Virus record (IMG/VR): IMGVR_UViG_3300020579_000012
Coordinates: 4,946 to 68,945 of that record
Strand: one strand, 5' to 3'
DNA from: a virus
Length of the DNA stretch: 64,000 bases
Shown: piece after piece, positions 41,477 to 50,706 of the stretch
Layout: every line of letters starts with the position of its first letter
Position numbering within the stretch: the first letter of the stretch is position 1
Notes under the pieces: generated by a model
What the model saw: the letters and a program-made list of their open reading frames with translations, nothing else
Told to the model about the DNA's origin: nothing
Databases searched by the model: none
Translations under genes and position numbers: made by a program

Positions 41477-41884
41477 ATGCCCGCGCCACTAAATCCGAAC
41501 CTCTGGCCCTCAGTCCTGCACGACGAGAACGGGATCCCGATCGGCCCACTGAACCCGCTGCCTGTTACGGGCGGTGGCGGTGGCGGCGGTGCTGCGAACC
41601 GTCCGGCCTTCGTGACCGGTCAGGTCAATGTCCCGGTTCCGGGAACCGCCGCGCAGCTTCCGGCGCAGGCGATTCCGGACGGTTTCACGATCTTCATCCG
41701 CGCGAAGGTCACGAACACCGGGAACATCTACATCGGGAACTCTGCACCGAACGCCCAGAATCATCTTGTCGCTTTCATCCTGGAGCCAGGCGCCTTCCTC
41801 GAGTACGGCATCACGAACGGCGATCTCGTCTTTCTGGACGCGGACGACGCGAACGACGGCGTCATGTGGACCTCCGAGGTATAG
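41477..41884 (+). CDS. small beta-sandwich structural protein (135 aa)
   Basis: poly-Gly linker followed by ..FTIFIRAKVTNTGNIYIGNS.. Confidence 0.55.
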   Translation: MPAPLNPNLWPSVLHDENGIPIGPLNPLPVTGGGGGGGAANRPAFVTGQVNVPVPGTAAQLPAQAIPDGFTIFIRAKVTNTGNIYIGNSAPNAQNHLVAFILEPGAFLEYGITNGDLVFLDADDANDGVMWTSEV

Positions 41885-41887
41885 ACC

Positions 41888-42787
41888 ATGGCAAGCGGTG
41901 GAATTGGAAATCAGTCCCCGGCGTCACTCTTCCAGGCACGTCTGGACACGACGGACGGCGTCAATAATCTCCTGACCCTGAAACAGTACCAGGGAAACAA
42001 AGTCGTCGTTTCCGGAGTGACGGTCGTGATTCCCGGAGGCGGTCTGACCGTCTCGGTAGCTGCGAACCTGATCGACCCGGCCGGAGCGGACTTCGGCTCT
42101 CCCGGCGTCGCCAGCACGCTATACTATGTCTACATCTCGAACGCAAGGTCTCCATTTGCGCCGTCGTCGATCCGGCTCTGCGCGACCGCACCGACCCTGG
42201 TGAACGGTGTCAAGTACCTCGGTGCCGCCGGGAACGCGCTCAACTGGCGCTTCGTCGGCTGGGTCTTCCTGAACGCCACGCCGCAGTTCGAGTCCTCACT
42301 GACGGGAAGACTCATCGTCAACTACTACAACCGGCTGCTCCTGAAGCTATTCACCTGTCCCGGATATGTCGACGACAACGCGGCCACCCTATACCTGTGT
42401 AACAATACGGTATGGGATCAGATCTCGAAGGGGACTGTAACGGGCGGCGTCGACAGCCGCGTGACCTACATCGCCAACGGCGAGGATGCTCAGTCATTCA
42501 AGATCGCCGGATCCGCGGACAATACTGTAGGCCGTCCGGGACTTATTGGGCTTGGTATCGACACACCGAACACCTCAAAAGTAGAGGCGATCCTGGATAA
42601 TCCAACCGCAGGGGATATCTCGATCCATGAGACATACGAAGATGTGGGCGTTGAAGGCCACCACACTGCCGACCTTCTTGGCATGCAGACTGCCGTGAAT
42701 CCGATGAACGTCTTCGCGGACGACGTCCGGAACGGCGGCACGAAAGACCCATTTTTGACTTACCTCACGGGAACGCTGTTCGCGTAA
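41888..42787 (+). CDS. spike/fibre-like structural protein (299 aa)
   Basis: MASGGIGN.. N-terminus; beta-rich. Confidence 0.6.
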   Translation: MASGGIGNQSPASLFQARLDTTDGVNNLLTLKQYQGNKVVVSGVTVVIPGGGLTVSVAANLIDPAGADFGSPGVASTLYYVYISNARSPFAPSSIRLCATAPTLVNGVKYLGAAGNALNWRFVGWVFLNATPQFESSLTGRLIVNYYNRLLLKLFTCPGYVDDNAATLYLCNNTVWDQISKGTVTGGVDSRVTYIANGEDAQSFKIAGSADNTVGRPGLIGLGIDTPNTSKVEAILDNPTAGDISIHETYEDVGVEGHHTADLLGMQTAVNPMNVFADDVRNGGTKDPFLTYLTGTLFA

Positions 42788-42791
42788 CGAT

Positions 42792-43460
42792 ATGGCGAGC
42801 GGCGGCGGCCCCGGCGGGGGCGGAGGCCCCGGAGGGTCTGGAGGCGGTATCAAGCACTATTGCGAAGTCCGATTGGACGCGACCATGGCCCTGCTGGGCG
42901 CCACCCGGTACATGGTACCCTGGACCCATGTCGTCTACGACGAGAGCGGGATCTACTCGATCGTCGTCGATCCGTCTCCTCCGGCAAACTGGAATCCGGA
43001 CGGCCGGTACGGTGCGTTCGATATCCCGGAGGACGGATCATGGACCCTCTGGTGTCAGGCCTATCAGCAGACATCGGGAAGCACGGAACACGGTCTGAAC
43101 TTTCTGAGAGATATTCCTGCGGTTCAGCACTCTCCGACAGCACTTCCCGGAGACCACGCGCGGGGAGAATGGCTCCTACTCCAGAACCCGGTATCTCCGG
43201 ACGCTACGAACCAGCCGATGACGTCCATCTACAAGGGTGCGCTGTTTAAGGGTGATCGAATCTACTGCGAGGTGCAATCCGCGGACCCTTTCTACCTTCT
43301 GTACAACGATCCCGCAATACCTCCTCCGGGCTGGGGTGGCACCGTTCAGGACTGGATCAATGCCCAGGCGATCCGGCCGAAGGAGCAGTACGTTTACCCG
43401 AGGATGGTGGCGTACATGGATGGCCCGTTGCCGCCACTCTTGGATAAGATTCTGAGCTGA
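42792..43460 (+). CDS. Gly-rich N-terminus plus C1q/TNF-like-looking beta domain (222 aa)
   Basis: MASGGGPGGGGGPGGSGGGIKH..; ..GAFDIPEDGSWTLWCQAY..IYCEVQS. Confidence 0.55.
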   Translation: MASGGGPGGGGGPGGSGGGIKHYCEVRLDATMALLGATRYMVPWTHVVYDESGIYSIVVDPSPPANWNPDGRYGAFDIPEDGSWTLWCQAYQQTSGSTEHGLNFLRDIPAVQHSPTALPGDHARGEWLLLQNPVSPDATNQPMTSIYKGALFKGDRIYCEVQSADPFYLLYNDPAIPPPGWGGTVQDWINAQAIRPKEQYVYPRMVAYMDGPLPPLLDKILS

Positions 43461-43470
43461 ATGGAACTCT

Positions 43471-43860
43471 ATGGCTAAAGGCGGAGGTCCTGGTGGCGGC
43501 TCCGGTTCGAAACAAGCCGGAAACGTAATCGACGTAACTGGAACCAGCACCGATATCAACACCACTGTATTCGATGTTGTTCAGGCTCGAGGGCTGGTCG
43601 GCATTGGAGCAATCAAGAATACGGGCGCCAATAGCATTACGATCATCGAGACCGTCACCGACAAGTTCGGCGTCACGACGCCTGTGCCGACGGACATCCC
43701 GGCCGGAGACCAGTACATCCTGAATCCGCAGTCCAGTTTCAACGATGAGATCACGAACTCCTGGCCCCCATATACGGAGTACAAACTGGAGGTTCAGAGC
43801 ACGACCGCCGGTCAGCCGAGCACCTTCGAGTTGCACTACATCGATGTTTCACCGTCCTGA
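43471..43860 (+). CDS. small structural protein with Gly-rich N-terminus (129 aa)
   Basis: MAKGGGPGGGSGSKQ.. Confidence 0.55.
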   Translation: MAKGGGPGGGSGSKQAGNVIDVTGTSTDINTTVFDVVQARGLVGIGAIKNTGANSITIIETVTDKFGVTTPVPTDIPAGDQYILNPQSSFNDEITNSWPPYTEYKLEVQSTTAGQPSTFELHYIDVSPS

Positions 43861-43896
43861 TGAACATGAACTTCTTACTTGTAGCGTGGTGTCCTA

Positions 43897-44295
43897 ATGG
43901 CCGCGGTTAAGAGAGAGAAGACCGGGCTCTCGGCAGAGTTCGCGGACACGCTTCCGACGTACGCATTCACGTGGCCCGGGCCGAATAACCTGAACACTAC
44001 GAGCAATGCGGACACTCCGAGATTGATCGGGAAGAACAATTTCGTATCTCGTGCGGCCGGTCAGGTCGTCGTCGCTCCGGTCGGTGCCGCGATCACGGTG
44101 GATCTTCAGATCGGTCTCCGGTCGACAGGTGTCTTGGCGGCGGCCTTCGCGACCGTCACCATTCCGGACGGAGCTTTGACGGTGGATTTCGGATTCGCTG
44201 CGGTCGAGATCGACAGCGCGCACTTTCTTGCGGCGAACATCACGCAGGTCGGCTCCGGAACACCCGGGAAGAACATGACCATTCAGGTGTTCTGA
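43897..44295 (+). CDS. small structural protein (132 aa)
   Basis: ORF track. Confidence 0.55.
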   Translation: MAAVKREKTGLSAEFADTLPTYAFTWPGPNNLNTTSNADTPRLIGKNNFVSRAAGQVVVAPVGAAITVDLQIGLRSTGVLAAAFATVTIPDGALTVDFGFAAVEIDSAHFLAANITQVGSGTPGKNMTIQVF

Positions 44296-44296
44296 G

Positions 44297-45010
44297 ATGG
44301 GAAACTTCACCAGTCCCGGCGGAACGCTCGTCTGCGAGATCTGGGCTGACGGCGGAATCGGACAGACATGGGGGTCAGCATCCGGAAAGGGCGGCGGGGG
44401 TGGCAGCTACGCGAGGGTGGAGCTTGTGACAGCTCCCGGAGACATACTGCAATTCCTCGACACTGGTGCTGGTGGCATAACTAAACTCACCGTAGCAGCA
44501 GTAATCAAGGCGTCAGCAGGGAATGGAGGTGCTGGTGCTGGGGGTGGAGGAGTTGCTACCGTCGGCGACGTGCTTTATAACGGCGGAAGTGGAGCCAATG
44601 CCTCGGATGTCAACGGTTTCAATGATGACGGAGGCGGCGGAGGAGGACCTGCTCTAAGAGATACCAATGGCGTTAGCACGCCTACTACCACAAGTATTCT
44701 TGGCGGTGTAACGTCGCCTGGGAATTTTGGTGGAGAAGGCGGTGGGAGATTTTCTAGCGCTCCTCAGCCTCCTGAAAGTGGGAGCTCTCCAGGAGGCGGC
44801 GGAGGCGGTGCAGGGAATGGAAATCCTAGCCCTGGCGGTAGTAGTGGTGGCTATGCGGTTGCTGTCTGGACTTTGGCAAACTGGAATGGGAATCCGCAGG
44901 TTGGTGGGACTCTTCCTGTTTCAGGCGCAAGTCCATTATATACCGAAGGGGCGCCTCAACCGGCTCCTCCGGCCTTGGATCCGACGCAGCGAGCGGCATT
45001 TGTGATGTGA
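44297..45010 (+). CDS. glycine-rich domain protein (fibre-associated type)
   Basis: ..CEIWADGGIG..GKGGGGGSYARVEL.. and several further poly-Gly blocks. Confidence 0.6.
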   Translation: MGNFTSPGGTLVCEIWADGGIGQTWGSASGKGGGGGSYARVELVTAPGDILQFLDTGAGGITKLTVAAVIKASAGNGGAGAGGGGVATVGDVLYNGGSGANASDVNGFNDDGGGGGGPALRDTNGVSTPTTTSILGGVTSPGNFGGEGGGRFSSAPQPPESGSSPGGGGGGAGNGNPSPGGSSGGYAVAVWTLANWNGNPQVGGTLPVSGASPLYTEGAPQPAPPALDPTQRAAFVM

Positions 45011-45066
45011 GTTCGCTCTTTGAAGATGTACTATATGATTATAAATGACCGGGGCTAGGAGGATGG

Positions 45067-45330
45067 GTGAACCTTCTATTGGCGGCGCTTTCAGCGACGA
45101 ACGTTGATCCACCGGCCGGAACGTTCAGTCAGGCGTCCTGGGCGATTATTGTCGTGCTCGGGGCTGCACTTATGGCGGTTAGTGGTTTTGCCGTCAAGTG
45201 GTTGACGAAGATGTATGACGATTTAAAGGCGTGCAATGCGGCTCGTGCAGCTCAGGAGGAGGACATTCTCGGGCTGCTGAAAGTGCTGAGGCTTCAGATG
45301 GAACAGTCTAGAGGAGGTAGACCACGATGA
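45067..45330 (+). CDS. membrane protein (87 aa), holin-like position
   Basis: TM segment WAIIVVLGAALMAVSGFAV followed by a charged helix. Confidence 0.5.
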   Translation: MNLLLAALSATNVDPPAGTFSQASWAIIVVLGAALMAVSGFAVKWLTKMYDDLKACNAARAAQEEDILGLLKVLRLQMEQSRGGRPR

Positions 45331-45557
45331 CTGTACGGAGCATGAGCACAGCGAAGTTCCTGTGTCACAAAGCTCACATTGCTCGTGAGGAGCTGACGCT
45401 TGAGGCCCAAAAATTGTTCGACTTATACAACGATCCGAATGTCGCACCAGAGCAAAAGGAGATCGCACGGCAGCAGCTTGACGAGGCGATCGAAAAGCTC
45501 GAAAAGAAGGTGACGACCAGGAGACTTCCTGACCAGAAGAAGGAAGATACACCCTGA
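45327..45557 (+). CDS. hypothetical protein (76 aa)
   Basis: ORF track; ATGA overlap. Confidence 0.5.
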   Translation: MTVRSMSTAKFLCHKAHIAREELTLEAQKLFDLYNDPNVAPEQKEIARQQLDEAIEKLEKKVTTRRLPDQKKEDTP

Positions 45558-45566
45558 AGCACTTGA

Positions 45567-45593
45567 AACCGCCCGACCCCTAGCCGGGCGGTT
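45567..45593 (+). terminator. candidate intrinsic terminator
   Basis: AACCGCCCG-acccctagc-CGGGCGGTT followed by CTGATCC (weak U-tract). Confidence 0.45.
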
Positions 45594-45662
45594 CTGATCC
45601 GGCGATCGGTGATTACTGATGGAAAGCCCGGGGCGGGCGGGAATATTTAGAGGAGGGTTCAA

Positions 45663-46235
45663 ATGGCGGACGAAGCGGCGGCAGCGACCTCGGCGACGGC
45701 GGTGAAGCCGGGCTGGCAGACGACGGAGTTCTGGCTTCATTTGATCGCCACATTAGCTGGTGCAGTAATGGCGAGCGGTCTTCCGAGTAACAGTAAGATC
45801 GTGCAGGTTGCGGGCATGGCGACCTCTTTGATCTCTGTGCTCGGTTATACGACGAGTCGCACGATGGTCAAGAATGCGGCGCAGGCTTTTTTGATCGGAA
45901 TCCTCCTGATGGGGGCTGGCTGCAAGACCATTGACGCAAAGACGCTGGCGGACTTTCAGACCGGCGAGGCACTAATCCTGAAGGACATGGCGAAGTACAT
46001 CGCCGCGGATGTTGCGGCTGGGAAAACCCCGACGATCACCCAGGCCGCCCTCGACGCGCATATGATAAAGATCAAGGCGGATGTTACGAGCGTCGATCCG
46101 ACGGAGGAGCAGGCGATCATGGCTCAGTTCCAAGCCTATATTGCTAGTGACTCGAAGATGTCCGCTGGAACGCTCCGGGCATGGAACGGAGAAGTCAGCG
46201 GACATTTGGCTCTATTCACGTCGGTTCATCGGTAG
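45663..46235 (+). CDS. membrane protein with holin-like N-terminus and an internal lipobox-like LMGAGC (190 aa)
   Basis: ..KPGWQTTEFWLHLIATLAGAVMASGL..VAGMATSLISVLGY..FLIGILLMGAGCKTID. Confidence 0.55.
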   Translation: MADEAAAATSATAVKPGWQTTEFWLHLIATLAGAVMASGLPSNSKIVQVAGMATSLISVLGYTTSRTMVKNAAQAFLIGILLMGAGCKTIDAKTLADFQTGEALILKDMAKYIAADVAAGKTPTITQAALDAHMIKIKADVTSVDPTEEQAIMAQFQAYIASDSKMSAGTLRAWNGEVSGHLALFTSVHR

Positions 46236-46261
46236 ACCCTGAAAGAGAAAGAGAGAGTCCT

Positions 46262-46669
46262 ATGGTAGACCAAATTCCTCCGACCCCTGTACCGGCTCCT
46301 ACCCCCGCACCCGCCGGGCTAGACTGGTCCGCGATTGGCTCATCGATCCTAGCCGATGCGAAGGCCGCCCTCGGTGCGGCGGCGACCGGTTTCCTTACCA
46401 CGCATCCGAACGCTCTGGCCTTTCTGGAGAATTCGAGTATCGAAGCGGCTAAGTCCCTCGTCCTGTACGCCATCACCTCTGACCCGGATGCGAAGGCAGA
46501 TCTGAAGCTTCAGGTTGACCTCTGGCGACAGGGGATCAAGGAAGAGGCGGAGTCCATCGTCAAGGACATTCTGGACGAAGCGCCTTCGGTGTTCATGACC
46601 ATTGTTGAGGACATCGGGCGGATCGCCATGGGCCTCGCGCCGGTCCTGTTGAAGGCCATTCCGATCTGA
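46262..46669 (+). CDS. hypothetical protein (135 aa)
   Basis: Trimmed to ATG 46262; Pro/Ala-rich N-terminus and hydrophobic C-terminus. Confidence 0.5.
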   Translation: MVDQIPPTPVPAPTPAPAGLDWSAIGSSILADAKAALGAAATGFLTTHPNALAFLENSSIEAAKSLVLYAITSDPDAKADLKLQVDLWRQGIKEEAESIVKDILDEAPSVFMTIVEDIGRIAMGLAPVLLKAIPI

Positions 46670-46685
46670 CGAAACGGAGAATCCG

Positions 46686-47828
46686 ATGCAAGTTTACGCG
46701 CCCCCCGGCCCAGGTCTTGGAAGCCAGGAGGTTTCTGCCTTTCAGCGCCTTTCGCCCAGGTCTAGGGCACTTGTTGCGGATGAGTTTCGGAGCCCGGAGT
46801 CGCACGAGGCGATCCGATGGGTCCTCCAGCAGCGAGATCCGGAGGCCGCGTTAGCCGATGCGATTTCCGAGAATGTTCATCAGGCGTCCAGAGACGCTGC
46901 GTCTGGTGTTGGGCTTGGTGACGGACTTGGACGGAGCTTCTTTAAGAGACTTGCGAGGTTGCACCGAAAGATCTTCAACGTCTTCAAGAAGGTCGATCCG
47001 GGGCTTCATGCGCTGACAAAGAAGAAGCACAGTGGCTCAGCGGCGGTTCCGTACGCAGCGGCGACCGCCTCGGCACCAGCGCCGACGCCGCCTCCTGTCG
47101 ATTCTGGATCTTCGGCGGCCCCTGGGATGTACAACATGCCTGCACCGATTGTGCCTACTCCTTCAGCTTCACAGCCGTCTCCATCTTCGTCGATGTACAA
47201 TATGCCATCTCCGCAGGTGCCGGTCAACTATGTCCAGGAGCAGCCGCCGACGGATCCATCTGCTTCCGCTCCTCCTACGTTCGATCCGTCGACGATGACA
47301 CAGGTTGCTGCTCCCGCAACTCCTGTAGCTCCTGTTCCAGCAGCAGCATCGCCTTCTACACCCGTTGCTGCTTCGTCGTATACGACCGGCACGGACGAGA
47401 CGGCCGGGCTCCCGTCGGCAACAGGTTACACGCTGACCGTTGAGGGCCAAACGATCACGAACTATCCGGTTGACATCACGCAGATCTCGTCACTCGTCCA
47501 GTCTGGCACGCAGCCCGGAGACCGCTTCGAGATTCTAGCAGATGGAGTTGGGACCGGGCTCCGGGTCCGGACGACCACAGGTTTCATTTCGATCCCAGAT
47601 TCTATGCGTGCGCAGGTTCAGGCAATGCCGAAGGGTCAAGTTCTCGCTCTCTTAACGCAGGCCGCGGCGAATGTTGCGGCGTCTGGAGTCCCGATGCCGA
47701 CACCGCTTCCGGCGACGCCGCCACCGAGCGCAGCACCGGCCTCGGACGGTGGTGGAATAGTCTGGCTACTCGGCGCTGGCGGTGTTGTGGCAGCTCTAGC
47801 GGTCGCTGGTGGAGGGAAGCGTCGGTGA
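46686..47828 (+). CDS. S/P/A-rich protein with C-terminal GG-TM-basic anchor (380 aa)
   Basis: Ends ..ASDGGGIVWLLGAGGVVAALAVAGGGKRR. Confidence 0.6.
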   Translation: MQVYAPPGPGLGSQEVSAFQRLSPRSRALVADEFRSPESHEAIRWVLQQRDPEAALADAISENVHQASRDAASGVGLGDGLGRSFFKRLARLHRKIFNVFKKVDPGLHALTKKKHSGSAAVPYAAATASAPAPTPPPVDSGSSAAPGMYNMPAPIVPTPSASQPSPSSSMYNMPSPQVPVNYVQEQPPTDPSASAPPTFDPSTMTQVAAPATPVAPVPAAASPSTPVAASSYTTGTDETAGLPSATGYTLTVEGQTITNYPVDITQISSLVQSGTQPGDRFEILADGVGTGLRVRTTTGFISIPDSMRAQVQAMPKGQVLALLTQAAANVAASGVPMPTPLPATPPPSAAPASDGGGIVWLLGAGGVVAALAVAGGGKRR

Positions 47829-49162
47829 GCGTCCGCTACATCAAACGTCCGACGGTTACGTACATCCGGCGACCCGGCCTTGGAGGATTCGCTCCTCCGT
47901 CAGATCCGACCGCCGGATTGCCGGGTGGCGGTCCGATCTCATATCCAGGAGGCCCTGTAAATCAAACTTATACAGGACCTCAGAATCAATTCCGTTATCT
48001 TGCCGACGGAACTGCCCAGCAGCTTATTTTTCCTAAGTATTTCAGTGGAACAAATGCTGGATCGTGGCAAAACGTAACCGACATAAGTAGCGTAGCTTTC
48101 GAGGGTATGAAGTGGTACGTCGATGGGATCTACTTCATTTATAGTGCAACAGACCCTCAATCTGGAGCGAGGAATCCTGGATGGCATCTAAGCCTTCCAG
48201 GTGCGCAGGAGATCTACTCGCGCGCCAATGCTATGAGATCTTCAGGGAATATAATCTATGCGCCGCTCCCTCCCGGCGTAGACCAGACGACCATTGTTAG
48301 TCCGAGCAACAACACATGGAGTACTCCTCCGGATTCTATCAATGTTGATTACATAACTGCGAAGCAGGCGGCGAGTCAGAACGTCCGCAGCAACACCTAT
48401 CGGATCTACGATCCGTTCACTTGGCAGGGGTATCAGGCTCTTCCTGATGGTTTCATGGAGCCGGTTGACGGAGGTGTCTGGGTCCTCGCTTCCGACAACG
48501 TGCTCGATGCTGTTCAGCAGAAGTTCGGAATTTTTGCGGATCCATGGTACTGGCTGGTTGCGACGCACCCGACGACCGGTCAGGAGCGGCTCTTTCTCGT
48601 GAATCGTGGACCGAATATCAGTAACATCTTCACGCGACTCGGAAAGACAGGTCCCATGGTGATCTCGATCCTCGGGACTGTGCTTGCACCGTTTACGCTT
48701 GGCATCTCGGCCGCCGTCGCCGCGGTCGCTGACACGGCCATCGCGATCGAACAGAAGAAGGCAGCAGCAGCAGCCGCAGCCGCGGCCAATCAGCACCAAG
48801 CCGACGTTCTTCAGCAGCAGGTTAACGACCAGACGGTCCAGGTCACTGCGCAGGCCGACTCCGTCTATCAGGCGAACCAGACAGCATTCCTGGCGGCCGG
48901 GTACACGCAGGCCATCTGGAATGGGCTCACGCTCGATCAGAAAACCGCCCTTCTCCAGCAGGCCGCCGCCGGACAGCTCCAGCCAACCCCAGCCGCGGTT
49001 GCCGTGGCTCAGCAGACCCAGCAGACCGTCGCCAATGCCATCCAGAGCGCTACAGTAAACGCGGCGCTAGGTACGCAACAGCCGACGTCATCCGGCGGCG
49101 TCTGGCTCCTGTTGCTCGGCGGTGGAGCTGCACTGGCGTTTGCCGGGGGTGGAAAGAAGTAG
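47825..49162 (+). CDS. protein with Q/A-rich coiled coil and C-terminal GG-TM-basic anchor (445 aa)
   Basis: GTGA overlap at the start; N-terminal YIRRPGLGG; ends ..TSSGGVWLLLLGGGAALAFAGGGKK. Confidence 0.6.
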   Translation: MSVRYIKRPTVTYIRRPGLGGFAPPSDPTAGLPGGGPISYPGGPVNQTYTGPQNQFRYLADGTAQQLIFPKYFSGTNAGSWQNVTDISSVAFEGMKWYVDGIYFIYSATDPQSGARNPGWHLSLPGAQEIYSRANAMRSSGNIIYAPLPPGVDQTTIVSPSNNTWSTPPDSINVDYITAKQAASQNVRSNTYRIYDPFTWQGYQALPDGFMEPVDGGVWVLASDNVLDAVQQKFGIFADPWYWLVATHPTTGQERLFLVNRGPNISNIFTRLGKTGPMVISILGTVLAPFTLGISAAVAAVADTAIAIEQKKAAAAAAAAANQHQADVLQQQVNDQTVQVTAQADSVYQANQTAFLAAGYTQAIWNGLTLDQKTALLQQAAAGQLQPTPAAVAVAQQTQQTVANAIQSATVNAALGTQQPTSSGGVWLLLLGGGAALAFAGGGKK

Positions 49163-49164
49163 CC

Positions 49165-49767
49165 ATGGACCCAGACGTCACCTACGCCCGGGCCCTCGCG
49201 ACCGCCTTTGCGGCGGACATAGACAATCCGTCAATCGCCGGGGTGATCCAACGTGGTGGCCTTACGCAGGACCAGTTTACGTCGATTGTTTATCGGGACA
49301 TTCAGCGGGGCCTTACCGGAGCACCTGGACCAGCTCTTTTTCCGTCTGTTCGGGCTTTTGCACGTCAGGTTGTTGGTATTACAGCGATAAAGCAGGCGAG
49401 GAGCTACGGACTCTCGCAGGCCTCTTCTGACATCGGCGGGGCCGCCGGTTTAGTCGGCGCTATTGCTGGAGCTGTTGGTGCGATTTGGAGTACGAAGATC
49501 AACACCGACTCCCAGAAGAATCTTGCAAAGATCCAGGCAAACGAGGCGCAGATCACTCAGAACTCCCAGACACTTGCTGCGCAGTCTGCATTGATCCAGA
49601 ATGCGACAGCGAACGGCGTACTCCTCTCTCCGGCGGGAGGTGTGACTCCTGTGACCGCGATAGGTCCGTCGGGGACTCTGACCGCCGTTAGTGGTCTTCC
49701 GGTTCTGGCGATCGGAACGGCGCTCGCAGCGATGGTGTTCGGTGGCTACTTCTTCGCAAAAGGATGA
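49165..49767 (+). CDS. tail-anchored membrane protein (200 aa)
   Basis: Ends ..GLPVLAIGTALAAMVFGGYFFAKG. Confidence 0.55.
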   Translation: MDPDVTYARALATAFAADIDNPSIAGVIQRGGLTQDQFTSIVYRDIQRGLTGAPGPALFPSVRAFARQVVGITAIKQARSYGLSQASSDIGGAAGLVGAIAGAVGAIWSTKINTDSQKNLAKIQANEAQITQNSQTLAAQSALIQNATANGVLLSPAGGVTPVTAIGPSGTLTAVSGLPVLAIGTALAAMVFGGYFFAKG

Positions 49768-49771
49768 TTCT

Positions 49772-50629
49772 ATGAGAAACCTGCAGCACGGCGTTAGAGT
49801 CCGCGTCGTCCAGACGCCGTTGGTTATGTACGTCAACGAGGCGACCTGGATCCCCAGCGGCATGCATGGCTACGGCGACGAGGGCTGGCGGAGCGGCATG
49901 TCCGCCTACCCGGTCGTCGATGACGACTCCGCCGCGATCGAGCCGCTCGTCTCGAAGCTCATGGTGAATGGGTTACCGGAGGCACAGGCAAGGGCAATCG
50001 TTCAGGCCGCCGTAGGGCGTGTCCGGTCGGTTGGAGGCGGTATGGGCGCCTCGTTGATGGTTGAGAAGGCTACCGCTCTCGACGCGGTCTTCCAGGGTCT
50101 CTTAGTCAGGGGTATCCCTGCCGATCGAGCCCGTATTCTCGTCAACCGGGCTGCCATGCGTCGTGCCGGTCTGTCCGGTATGGGCCAGAGCGCGACCGTC
50201 GACGCTGCAGTCCTGCAGAAGGCGAGCGATACGCAGACCCAGCACCAAGCTTTAATTGCCCAGTACGCCGCGGCGACAGACCCCACTTCGCAACTGGATA
50301 TCCGGAACCAGATTGATGCTCTGTATTCCGACTGGACGACCTACGCGGTCGGCGTCGAGAATGGTCAGCCTCCGTACCAGTGGAATCTGGCCGACCCGAC
50401 CGCGGCAATCCTTTCGTCGATCCGAAATGACATCGCGAATACGCTGTCCCTGATCGATGCCGGGAAGGCTCAGCTCGCGCTCCAAAAGAACATCGTGACC
50501 TCCTGGTCGCAGTCTTCGCCGAATATGACCATGCCGACGATATCACCAGGCGATGTCCCCTGGTACGTCTGGGCGGGTGGCGGTGTGGTTGGCCTGACAG
50601 CACTCAGCAAGTTATTCGGGAAGAAGTGA
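49772..50629 (+). CDS. tail-anchored membrane protein (285 aa)
   Basis: Trimmed to ATG 49772; ends ..GDVPWYVWAGGGVVGLTALSKLFGKK. Confidence 0.55.
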   Translation: MRNLQHGVRVRVVQTPLVMYVNEATWIPSGMHGYGDEGWRSGMSAYPVVDDDSAAIEPLVSKLMVNGLPEAQARAIVQAAVGRVRSVGGGMGASLMVEKATALDAVFQGLLVRGIPADRARILVNRAAMRRAGLSGMGQSATVDAAVLQKASDTQTQHQALIAQYAAATDPTSQLDIRNQIDALYSDWTTYAVGVENGQPPYQWNLADPTAAILSSIRNDIANTLSLIDAGKAQLALQKNIVTSWSQSSPNMTMPTISPGDVPWYVWAGGGVVGLTALSKLFGKK

Positions 50630-50642
50630 CATTACGTTTCCT

Positions 50643-50664
50643 GCACAGTAGAATAGTTCAGCCG
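50643..50664 (+). promoter_or_regulatory. dyad motif copy on the + strand (right half degenerate)
   Basis: GCACAGTAGAATAGTTCAGCCG; upstream of the late glycosyltransferase gene. Confidence 0.35.
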
Positions 50665-50706
50665 CGGCATGGTGCTTCGGCGGGGTGAAGAAGAAGGAGA
50701 GGGGTT

